In this document: positions 45,925 through 57,019 of the stretch, piece after piece
Position numbering within the stretch: the stretch's first letter is position 1
Layout of the letters: the number at the start of each line of letters is the position of its first letter
Assembly: GCF_009914755.1 (NCBI RefSeq)
Contig: NC_060935.1
Source of the DNA: the human T2T-CHM13v2.0 reference genome, Homo sapiens
Direction: 5' to 3' (one strand)
Length of the DNA stretch: 64,000 nucleotides
Notes under the pieces: model-generated
Told to the model about the DNA's origin: nothing
Databases searched by the model: none
What the model saw: the letters and a program-made list of their open reading frames with translations, nothing else
Position numbers and translations under genes: made by a program

Positions 45925-46230
45925 TACTTTTCTTTTTTTTTCTTTTTTTAAGACAGGGTCTTACTCTGTCATCCAGGCTAGAGGGTAGTGGTGAAATCTC
46001 AGCTCATTGCAACCTCCGCTTCCTGAGCTCAAGCGATTCTCCCATCTCAGCTCTCAGGTAGCTCGGATTACAGGTTCCAGTCAATATGCCCGGCTAATTT
46101 TTGTATTTTTTGTAGAGATGGGTTTTGCCATGTTGCCCAGGTTGGCCTCAAATTCCTGGGTTCAAGCCACTCCACCCTCCTTCGGACTCCCAGAGTGCTG
46201 GGATTACAGGAATGAGTGACTGTGCTGGTT
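45925..46230 (-). mobile_element. AluJ-like (shared with pseudogene)
   Basis: Counterpart of 4310-4610. Confidence 0.85.
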
Positions 46231-47167
46231 CTGGATGGCTTTCTTCTATAAACGCCAGAGGTGTATCTTTCTTTTCCCGCAGGAGTTTTACTGTTCTCTA
46301 CAATTTTTACTTTATTAATAATTATACTATTCTGTGTTAATACCAATCCCATTTTCTCTTTAAACAAGAGGGTGCATTTATCTGTGTATTTATGCATGTA
46401 TTTATTCAATAATTATTAATTGAATATCTGCTACGTGCCAGGTTTGTTGAATTGCTGAGCAAATCCCTGCCATCACGAAGTTTGCATGTTAGTGAGTAAA
46501 TACAAGTAAAAAACCAGACACATAAATAAACTATTAATATTTGCTGAGTGGGTAGATGTACGAGCTATGGAGAAAAATAACATAGGAAGTAGTGGGAATA
46601 AGGAATGTCCCAAGTTGGGCAAGAAGTAGCAAACCTTTCCTTCTGCACTTTTTTATTGAAAGAATGACTTCTTTTTTGTTCCCTCTCACATGTCTTTATG
46701 GATCCTATCACAATCTGTAAGCACATATTTGTTTGTTAACCCACATTTTCAGTATCCATATCTCCCACGAAAATGTGAGTCCTAGATAGGATTACGTCAT
46801 GTAGGCCTCATTTACCCCTCTGTCACCAGGAGGAAATCCATGACCTAGCAGACCATCCAGATTTTATTCATTTAATAAATTAAGAAATAAAAATTATTTC
46901 AAAATATTTTTCCTTCTCTAAAACTTAAGAACTTACGCTCCATAACATAAAGCTTATGGTTGATATTATTTTATTTTACTTTGATCTTCTGCTGGGATAT
47001 ATTGGAATTGTCTTTTCCTTAGCCATATTTTAAACAACTGAATGACAGAAACTGGGTACCTCTCTACTTTCACTTCCCTGACAAAAATTGTCATTGTGAA
47101 GTAAAAAGTGAATCATGACAAATTCTTCCTGAAGAAATAAATGAGTAACTAGAAAAGAGACACTTAC

Positions 47168-47277
47168 CTTCCGAAATACTTCCTCTAGGTGGCAGCACCA
47201 AGAATATTTCTGGAAGCATGTGATGAGTTGTGTGATGAAGATAGAGCCCATTGTGCTGTCTCTCCAGGACACGTTGT
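47168..47277 (-). CDS. CASP4: CASP4 exon 7 (110 nt)
   Basis: ATTATAG|ACAACG acceptor, AAG|GTAAGT donor; [18 protein letters not shown]...EEVFRK. Confidence 0.97.
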
Positions 47278-48617
47278 CTATAATGATACAGATGGGTATG
47301 CCTTGGGCTATGACTTTCACTATGTTTTTGTTCATATTTTTGTTTTGAGAATGTTTTTAAAAAGAAAAGCATAGCTTGGGAATTATCTTTACAGATTTGT
47401 AGGAAGCACTTACAACCTGACATTTACCTACTTTCCACAGAACGTAAACAGAAAACCTAGCAAAAGGTGATCAAAAGTTGCAGTTGGTAAGCATTGCAAG
47501 AGATTGTGTATTGAAGAAATTTTGATTCTTGGGATTGGCTTTCTACTACAAAACTCATGTTCATTCTCTCAGCTTTTATAGGGGCTTGAGAAATAACTAG
47601 AATTATCCCACTTTACAGAGGAAGAAATAGAAGCACAGAAAGATGAAGGAGCTTCCCCATGTTCACACAGTGAGTAAGCAACAAAAAATTGCCACCAGGC
47701 TCCAAAGTTGTTTGCAGATTATGCCACACTGTCTTTCACCGTATAATAGAAATAGATGAACACATGACAAGTTTCAGTGATAGAAGCTGAAAAAAGTGAT
47801 AAAAATCTATTGTACAGGATGGTGCCAGTAGTAACCAACATTGTGTTATGTACTTGAAATTTGTTAAGAGAGTAGATTTTATGCTAAGTATACTTCTCAC
47901 ACGCAGTCACGGAATGATGATAATAATAAACAGAGAAGTGTAAGAATCTTTTGGAGAAGAGAGATATGTTTATGGCATAGATAGTGGTGATGATTTCAGG
48001 AGTACATAGAAATCTCCAAACTCATTAAGTTGTATACATTAAATATGTAACATTATGTATGTCAATCATACCTCAATAAAGTGGTTTTAAAAAATAAGAT
48101 TTAAAAATATACAAATCAAAAACAGTTAAATGTACGCTCCTTAAGATAATTACCTAGACATGAAATACTAACCAGTGTTCCCTGAGATTAGACCTAATCA
48201 GCCCCACCCTATCATTTTCTACTTGTTTTAAAGGGTATCCACAGTTCTAGCAGGGCATGCAATGGCACTGCTCATTGTATAATCAGATGTGAAATATGGA
48301 AAGAAGACTTGAAGTTGATCATTTGAGAAAGAGAAGCCATTCCTGGAATCCATAAAAACACTATGTAAAATGTTAAATGGGCTTAATAAAAAAAACAGAA
48401 TTCATCATCTGTTTAAATGGTGAGTGGTGAATGGGTTTCCATGTATCGGGTTGCTTTAGGAATCTGTTCTCACGGCACACATAAGATCATGTAAAATATG
48501 TGGAGAGCACACAACATTCTATCAGATCATTGTTTCATAGGGATTCTTGATTTTCTAGATTCATTCAAAGATGGCCTCAGGCCCACAAATCCCTTACTGC
48601 CACTGAAAGATACATAC

Positions 48618-48761
48618 GTGGCGTTGAAGAGCAGAAAGCAATGAAGTCCTTCTCCACGTGGGTCTTGTAAACAGCATCTTCCTCCAGGTTCTCAGATGAC
48701 TGTGAAGAGGCCACTTCCAAGGATGCTGGAGAGTCTCTGACCCACAGTTCCCCACGGTTTG
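48618..48761 (-). CDS. CASP4: CASP4 exon 6 (144 nt; interdomain linker)
   Basis: CCATAG|CAAACC acceptor, CAC|GTATGT donor; [14 protein letters not shown]...[23 protein letters not shown]. Confidence 0.97.
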
Positions 48762-49059
48762 CTATGGAGACATTAACTTTCTGCACACTGCTGTGCCTCC
48801 CACAGAATGGCTGTCACAGTTGCCCACCTTGTTCTTTTTGAATGTTCATTCTTACTAGTTTCATACATACAGACCCACACACATACAAACACACACAGAG
48901 AAACAGACACACACACACACACACACACACCACTTTTCTTTCTCTCCAGTGTCATTCAACAATGTGCCTACTGATAGTGAAATCATCTTGAATTTACCAT
49001 TTTCTAGAAAAAAAATCTGTTTTCTTTTGAAAAATAGCTCCCAAGAGCTATCAGACAAT

Positions 49060-49148
49060 TGGTCTCAAATTCCTGGCCTCAAGCCATCCTCCTGTCTTGG
49101 CCTCCCAAAGTGTTGGGATTATAGGCATGAGCCACCATCCTCAGCCAG
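49060..49148 (-). mobile_element. Alu left-arm fragment in CASP4 intron 5
   Basis: ggtctcaaattcctggcctcaagccatcctcc...cccaaagtgttgggattataggcatgagccacc; partial counterpart at 7540-7583. Confidence 0.8.
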
Positions 49149-49635
49149 CCATGAGGCAATTGAATCTTTGGAGCAAAGTGGCACTGCAACATTCTACAGT
49201 CCCCTGATCTCTTTACTAATTTCCCCCTCAATAATTATAAGAAAAAGGGATGCTGTTTTACATAATGGCCCCAGTTTCAAATGAAATTCTTCTCAAACCA
49301 CACAATGTCAAAATTTCTGTAAAACATTTACAAATCAAGCTATCATGAAAATGATTCCATTCCAAAGTTTGAGTATTTCTGTTTAACTTTGATTTAGGGA
49401 TTCTGATGATCTCCTTCACCACTTACTGTGGATAAAATTGAACAGAAATTTCTCCACTAATTTTGATGAGACAATTTCTTGTTATACCAGACCCTTAGGT
49501 AGAGTTTCTTTAGAATTCAATGTACTTTCTTTACACTGGATGAGGTTTAAGAATGTTGCCCCTAAATATAAACCAAACATCACAATCCTCTGCATACACC
49601 TTCATAACTGTTAGATGTTCAGTCTCAGCACTCAC

Positions 49636-49870
49636 CACCTCTGCAGGCCTGGACAATGATGACCTTGGGTTTGTCCTTCAGACTGAGGCAGTTGCGGTTG
49701 TTGAATATCTGGAAGATGGTGTCATAAAGCAGCACATCTGGTTTTTTCTCATCATGCACAGTTCCGCAGATTCCCTCCAGGATGCCATGAGACATGAGTA
49801 CCAAGAATGTGCTGTCAGAGGACTTGTGCTCTGGTCTGGTAGCAAATGCCCTCAGCGCTGACTCCATATC
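49636..49870 (-). CDS. CASP4: CASP4 exon 5 (235 nt; catalytic His and Cys)
   Basis: TTTTACAG|GATATG acceptor, GTG|GTGAGT donor; contains LMSHGI and VQACRG. Confidence 0.97.
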
Positions 49871-50887
49871 CTGTAAAAGAGCAATGTCTAACTTCAGTCA
49901 GAGAAGCATCACAATTAAAGGGGACTCCTAGATTTACCATGAGCGAAACAAGAAACATATGTAACATCCAGGTCGTGGTGCTTCACTTAGTGCTTACTCA
50001 GTCATGACAGCTGTTTAATGGTTTTATTTTTCCTTCTTTATGGGGCCGTGGATTCCCATTTTCTCTTCCTGCTGACATACTGTCTTCTTAGTATATTGTA
50101 TATTGCTATGTGTTACTCATGTTACTTTTTCTTTTCCATCTCAATCTTCTATCTCCTTACCTAGCAAGTCATGTGTTATAAATGCAACACACCATGTTCT
50201 TTGTAAAATCCATCCCACTATGCTTAGAATAGAATCAAACTTCTGGCCTGACCATACACCACCCTCATACTATGTTCCTTCTCCTTCAACCTCTAGTCAC
50301 ACTGGTCTTCTCTTTGTGCTTCTCATGTGCCAGGTTCATTTTCAGCTCAGCTCTTTCACAGGTGGCGTCTCCTACTTTGAAGGCGCTGCATTCATGTCTT
50401 TCCAGAGCCATCTCCAACCAACCCAAAAACGTTGCTCCCCACCCTACAATTCTGTCTCATATTTCCTTTTTATTTTCTTTTTACTTACTTTTGGCTGTCT
50501 TGTCGCTGTTTTGTAGACACACATATGCACACCTGGTGCTTGAAGTTGTCTTTTTTCTTACAATTTCACTGTTTCTCTCTACTGTAACCTAGATGAATGC
50601 TGGCTGGGAACTTCCTGTCTCATTTACAGACCTATTCCCAACGTTAGGAATAGCTCTTAGCACCAAGTTTAGGATTCAATATTTGTTTTATAAGTATACT
50701 GCCATTTAACATTCATTACTCTACAATTTTCTGGGGATTCTCGGGGCTGCATCCCAATCACATGATTTTGGAATTCAATAAGAAATGTGAAAACACGTGT
50801 CAATCATGTTTAGTCTAGTTTTCCAGAATTGAGGATATTTGGAGGACCAAAGAGACATAGATTTACCAGTCTAGTACTCTTATTTTG

Positions 50888-50928
<41 letters not shown>

Positions 50929-51027
50929 AAAGGTTGTTAAACCTTGTTGAGCTCTTTGAAGCTAGGTAGTTATTAGAAGGATGTGTCTTGAATATGTATG
51001 TGTTTGTGGCGGCTGAGGGATTCTTAC

Positions 51028-51201
51028 CCTGGCTGTCAGATTCTCTTCTACATCTACACTATAGTCCAGACCCTCAAGTAGCTCCTTCATCCCTGTGATG
51101 TCAAAGTCAGCTCCATTCCTCGGAGGCAGATGGTCAAACTCTGTATTGCATATGATGAGAGCCAGGCGTGTGCGGTTGTTTCTCTCCTTTATTGGATAGA
51201 T
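51028..51201 (-). CDS. CASP4: CASP4 exon 4 (174 nt)
   Basis: CTGCAG|ATCTAT acceptor, AGG|GTAAGA donor; [19 protein letters not shown]...ENLTAR. Confidence 0.97.
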
Positions 51202-51998
51202 CTGCAGGATATGGAGATGCAATAAATTTAATTTACTCAAGTCTCCTTTCAGCCTCCTTATGCCTATCAGTGTTGCTTTTTCAAGTCTTCATGCAGCTCC
51301 TCTCTGCTCTAACTTGTATCAAAAGACACTGACTTTCTCTCTCTCAAGAACCCAGGGAAAGAACCGGACATATCTGAAATTGTTATTAAGAATCTTGAGG
51401 AAACTAGGTAATTCCTATGCCTTTTCTTCTCCCTTTTCTTCTTCACCTACTCCAATCTTTCTTAGCATTCAAAGTTCAGGTCAAATTTCATACAAAACGA
51501 GATGTTGTCGTTGACTCCAGTGAAAAATGAATACAGCAAAAGTCTTTGCCTTTGGAAGCATAGCTATTTTGTTACTATTTTTAACACATAAATTTATAAT
51601 GTTTTTCAAGCTTTAATTATATTTCCCAAGTATCCTTCATGTCTAGACTTTTCAAGTAGAGTGCAACCAATTACAAGTCAGCTATATTATCCTCCAAATA
51701 TGTTTATTCCATGGCTAATGCTACAATTGCCATAAAATCCAAATAATTACAAGAATAAATACAGGAGCAATAGAAATACCAATTTTCTTTCAACTCATGA
51801 TAAAATGATCTGCATCATGGATTGAGAAAGGATTGGTATCATTGTGAAGTCACATAATCTTTCCCTTAGTAAAAGCATTATTGAAAATGGTTACTGTCAT
51901 CCCCACCCCCAATCATTTAGTGCTGTAAGAAATGGTGCACTGAAGGAAAGCAATGATATCTCTTCTTTTTTTTCTATTTCATATAGATAGCATAGCAC

Positions 51999-52108
51999 CT
52001 CTTCAGCTCTTTCTTTACATAGTCTCAGGAATTCTTCATGAGGACAAAGCTTGAGGGCATCTGTAGATTCTCCTGACTCAGGTGGTCCAGCCTCCATATT
52101 CGGATGAG
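51999..52108 (-). CDS. CASP4: CASP4 exon 3 (110 nt)
   Basis: CCTGCAG|CTCAT acceptor, GAG|GTGCTA donor; [37 protein letters not shown]. Confidence 0.96.
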
Positions 52109-54849
52109 CTGCAGGATATTGCAGAACATAAATTGTGATTTCTGCCTCTGTGACCCAATTTATCACCTAAGAAGATCGAGAGAGAAGACGTCCTGGGAAG
52201 ATTTCTTCACATATAGGGGTTTTAGTTGTATCTCATATCTAGTATTCTACATCAGGAGATGTATTGTTACTGGAAAAGATAGAAAAGCAGATCCACCCAA
52301 ACATGTAATCATATATTCTGATCATTCTGGGGAAAACATGTCAATGATGTTGGGGTTAAATTTGGCCTTTCCTTATACCGTCAAAAGAATTTGATTTTTC
52401 CAAAGGTTTTACTCCAGGATACTCATTTATCTGTGTGGACTTTCTATTGTGTCTGTGCAAGAGTATACTGAGTAAATAGTTGTCAGAACACTATCTACTA
52501 CAAATTTAATGTGTGTTCCATGTCCAATATTTAATTTCTACTATCACATGTAAAAAGTAAAATTAAACAGGTAAAATTAATTCTAATAACATTTATTTAA
52601 CATAACATACAAAAAGTATTATTTTAACATGTATTTTTAGCCACAAGCCAAATGCTTAATAGTTATCCCATACAGGATGGAACAAAATCCTATTTTGGAG
52701 TAATCGTCCCCTCCTAATCCCCACTACACATACAGATAAATACATACATACACCAAAGCACAGAATATTGAATCTTGTACTTTCAAGGCATTATTTTTTT
52801 AGCAACTTTACTGTTAATTTTTAATGATTCTAGAAGAAATGAACTTCAATTATCCCTGTGCAAATTGTAAAGCCAGCTATTTGTAAAGCCAGCCAGTCTG
52901 AGCTCTGGAGATGTAACAAGTTGTAAGAGTGTGTATGAATATCAAACCTTCTGAGCATCTCTTTTCATAGATTACACAGTGATATATGACCTTCGGTCCT
53001 ATTTCAGAAAATTCTGCCAATGTGAAGACATGCTGGATCCTGGATATTCCCTGGTCAGAGGGTATGTTTTCTAATCCAAAGTTTCCTGTTTCCACTTCAC
53101 TTACAGGTTTAGAGAACTTCATAACTTAGTCATCTCCTAATGATCATTATGTGTGTGTGTGAGATACAGTGTTTTCAGGTAAAATTAGAAATTAGATAGA
53201 ATTTCTATCTTACATCCAATAATAAAATTAGCATGAAAGCAAATCATTTCATTAGAAGATAGTACATATTATACTGCAGACTGCTGCCCAAAGAGAGCTG
53301 GATACACTCTAGGTACACTGGCAGTGTACCTAAAGTTTCCTGGGATTGCTCTGGAGACTCCAACTGCAGATAGAGCCCAGGGAGACACTAGACCCCTCCT
53401 GTGAGGGGTTGCCGCTGCCTTATTCCTGCCACAGCCTCTGCTAATCAGATAGATTACTTCAGTTTAGACTTGAATGCTCATTGTGATATCTGGGTTTGCT
53501 AAAACCATTCTGAAGCCTCTATTACTTCTATTCTAATTCCCATTAGTTGCACTATCACTGACTTTTTGAAAATGGAGATTGTTTCCATGCCATCCAGGTT
53601 TGAGAAAAAACTAAAAACCTGCAAAGGGACCAGTTTAAATATTAATGAGAATGCTACCTTCTTATAATCTTGGACAACTATCATACTATCATGTGCTCCC
53701 TGTTGGTAGGAACACCCCTTCTTCATAGAGGAGTGCTGATTGAAAAAGCTCATTTGATATAGTGAGGTCTCAACAATTTATATTTCCTTTTGTTTATCAC
53801 TATTTATCATTATTGGTAATCTGTAATACTTCATGGCTCAAGATTTCAGCTTAAATTCTGGGGGGTATTGAGTCTGTCTCTGGTGAACTTCAATATGAGA
53901 ATATTTAACCTTTAATAATACGTAATTCAATCTGGGTCAAAAGTTCCAAAAAGAAGTTTTAAAATTTTAGACATTTTATGGAGATTCTCCTTATCATATT
54001 TTGTAATTCGCAGAAGTAAGTAAGCACTGGAAAAGTCTAGTTCATAGCATCCACATAATAATTATGAAAACTAGTATTTATTGAATGCATATACTTTATT
54101 TATTTACTCATCCTACATTATTTAGGCATCTGCTATGTGCCAAGAAAACTACTGATTACTGTTATTAATTGGTGAAGAAACCAGTTGCATTCTGGTGGGA
54201 GAAACTTGGTAGATGTTGTTTCTGTCTACTGAGATGAAAAGGGAATAAAAATGCAACAGTTTTGTTCTGGGGAACAAAGTGTATATTTTAGCTGTATTTG
54301 TATTGTGATGCCAGCAAAACACTCAAGTAGACCTGTTGAATATGTTGCTAGAGCTAAATGATCCTGGAGTTCAGAGGAGAGAGTTCCGGATGAGAGCTAA
54401 TATCTTGAGAGTTGTTGGCGTGTGGTGCCTGTCATTATAATGTTTCTAGGCTTAGACGATCTTGTGAGAAAGTACTGGAATTGTCTTCATTTCACAGATG
54501 GTAAGACTAATAACTAAGGATCTAGGGAAGTTAAGCAACTTACAGGATGTCACATAGGTCACAGGTGACAGAATCTAGGTTTAGTTCTATGTGTCCCTTA
54601 CTACAAGGTGTGAACTATTAACTATTTTTGTACACAGTCTGAACACAAGGACTCAGCCTTTTAGCTGATTGTAAACTGGATTCCACCCCACAAAAGGGAA
54701 GTGGTCTCTAAAAGGACAAAGATAGGTTTAGTGAAAATGATAGTTTAGGAAGGGAAAGATAGGGGAATCACAGAAGACACTGCTTAGGCCTTGGAGTTAA
54801 ACAGATTTAGGGAAAATTGAGACATTCATTGTAAAAAATCCAGTCTTAC

Positions 54850-55104
54850 CTTTTTTATTGGGGGATATTTGGTCTATGTTAAAAAAGGTTTGAAGAAGCA
54901 TTTGTCCTGCCATACGTTGCTTCTCTTGCATAGAGTCTGCCATGACCCGAACTTTGTCTTCAGTTTTAGCATCGTAATATTTCTTTTTTTCCTCTTCCTT
55001 CCAGTTCAGTACATTTTGTTCCACCAAGTTATCCAAAACACCAGTGAGGAAATCTTTGCCCAGGGATTCCAACACCTTAAGTGGCTTTTTTCTGTGGTTG
55101 CCTT
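54850..55104 (-). CDS. CASP4: CASP4 exon 2 (CARD, 255 nt, phase 1-1)
   Basis: TTTCTAACAG|AAGGCAAC acceptor and AAAAAG|GTAAGA donor; encodes EGNHRKKP...QISPNKK. Confidence 0.97.
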
Positions 55105-56699
55105 CTGTTAGAAATAGAAAGATTCCTTTAACTATGGGCACAGCTTAAAGAGTTTCACCCTCACTTTAGATATAGTTCTATAATGTGAAATACTTCTGAA
55201 AGTATGTCCTACTTCACCATCTGTCTTCTTGTACCTATAGAGTTCTGTCATTCATCATATTCCTACCAGGTTGTTTAACAATTTATTGCCACTAAATACT
55301 TTTTATTTTCTTTTTTGTTCTTTTTTCTTTTCTTTTCTTTTAGCTTCTCAACTTCCTTCTGTGGCATTGGACCTAATGCAAACTTCCTGGTCATCCACTG
55401 TATTCATTTTTCTCTTTTACTGGTTCACGGCCCATAGTGATAATGATCTGGCTAAAATATATATTCCCGGGAAAGTCAATGCTCTTGTCTAGAATATAAA
55501 TTCTTCCTACTAGATTTTTACTTCCTATATGATTTTTACTCTTTTCTGTATTTAGTTTTCTTGGTGAAAGAACTATATCTTTGAATTTGCATTTTTTTAA
55601 CTTACATCCTATACCCACATCTTTGTATTCAAAATGTTTAAAAGTACTTAATATGCTTGCTAAATACATAAATTAAAGAATAAATGGATGAGTGCATCCA
55701 TATTTATAATTCTTTCAAATCTTGTTCTCAATGAAAATTTAAAATTGAAAGTAACCTGATTCCTAATCTTCCAGTGTGGTGGATTAGTTTAATTTGACAC
55801 CATGTTAATGTATTACTCCTTAGAGTAATTTGAATATTTATAAGGAAATATAGATACCAAAGTAATACATCCTTTGTTTCAATACAACAGATATGATTTC
55901 GGCAGATTGTACACAGAAATGCTGGATATCTTATCAATTCTCAATCAATGCTACAAAGATAATTATACAATCCATGTAGGTGTAAGGATAGTGCTGACAC
56001 AAAATGACATCTAAAGAAATCATGTCAGGACATTGCACAAAAGCTTTGGCACAGAAGCACCAGCCTCATTGTCTGGGTTATCTTGAATTAATATTTTCAT
56101 ACGTGCTTATTGGGCAGCTATTATGAGAAAAACATTAGACATTACAAACCAGGAAAAAAGTTACATAATATAAATTAACTTAGTAAAGGGTAATATCTCC
56201 CATGTACTTATTATAAATAAAAAATGAATGCATATAAAACAATTTAAATCATTATTATAATCATCATTATCATTTACATATCACTGTACCAAAGGTTTTA
56301 CAAATGTTAATATACTGGACCCTCACAATAAGCCAGTGGGGTAGTTATTATATTCCCTATTTTATATTCACCATTTAAATAATAACTTATGTCACATCAC
56401 ATGAATTAGGATTCAAATCTTGTTTTTTTCACCATAGTCTATATAGTTAATCATGATATGGTTCAGTTAAAATAGTTAATATTCATTGAGCCCTCATCAT
56501 GCCAAGTGCATTACTGAAATTTCACAAAAATTCCATATAAAACATATATTAACCTCTCTTATATGGAAAATGGAAGATAATAAGTAATTGACTCAAATAA
56601 TGTAAAAGAACACCGAGTATATAGTAACTGGGAACAAGAATTGAAATCTAGGGGTTCAGAATCCAGAGCCCCCATTCTTAATTCATCAAACTACATTAC

Positions 56700-56798
56700 C
56701 TGACAGTTGGTGAAGAGCTTCTTAAAAGAATGTAGACAAGATATTTAAGGGGCTCAGAAAACATTAGTGCATTCCAACAGGTGAGATCACAAAGGCTT
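56700..56798 (-). other. Candidate alternative/poison exon in CASP4 intron 1 (99 nt)
   Basis: Branch point ACTAAC + TTTTTGCTACCTCTTCTCAG acceptor and CAG|GTAATG donor; in-frame TAA if joined to exon 1. Confidence 0.6.
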
Positions 56799-57019
56799 CT
56801 GAGAAGAGGTAGCAAAAATGTTAGTCTTGCAACATCAGGTACAGATGTTGCAACACAGTGTGATTTGCAAACAGTACACAGATTAGTGTGTGGGATATCC
56901 AAACTACCTGAGTTCTGGGCTTCTGTTTTATTTATTTGTGTGCTCAGTAAACTAATATAGTGTTGACTGAATAAATGATATGTGAAGAAATATAATAAGC
57001 AATAAAATTGAAGAGTTTT

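Noticed and set aside
52877-53122. 81-aa ORF in CASP4 intron 2
   Set aside because: No recognisable homology or flanking acceptor; length is within chance expectation.
54797-55141. ORF-track start MPIVKGIFLFLT and exon 2 read-through product
   Set aside because: The N-terminus is the polypyrimidine tract/acceptor. The exon 2 donor (AAG|GTAAGA) is strong, so a 104-aa read-through form has little support.
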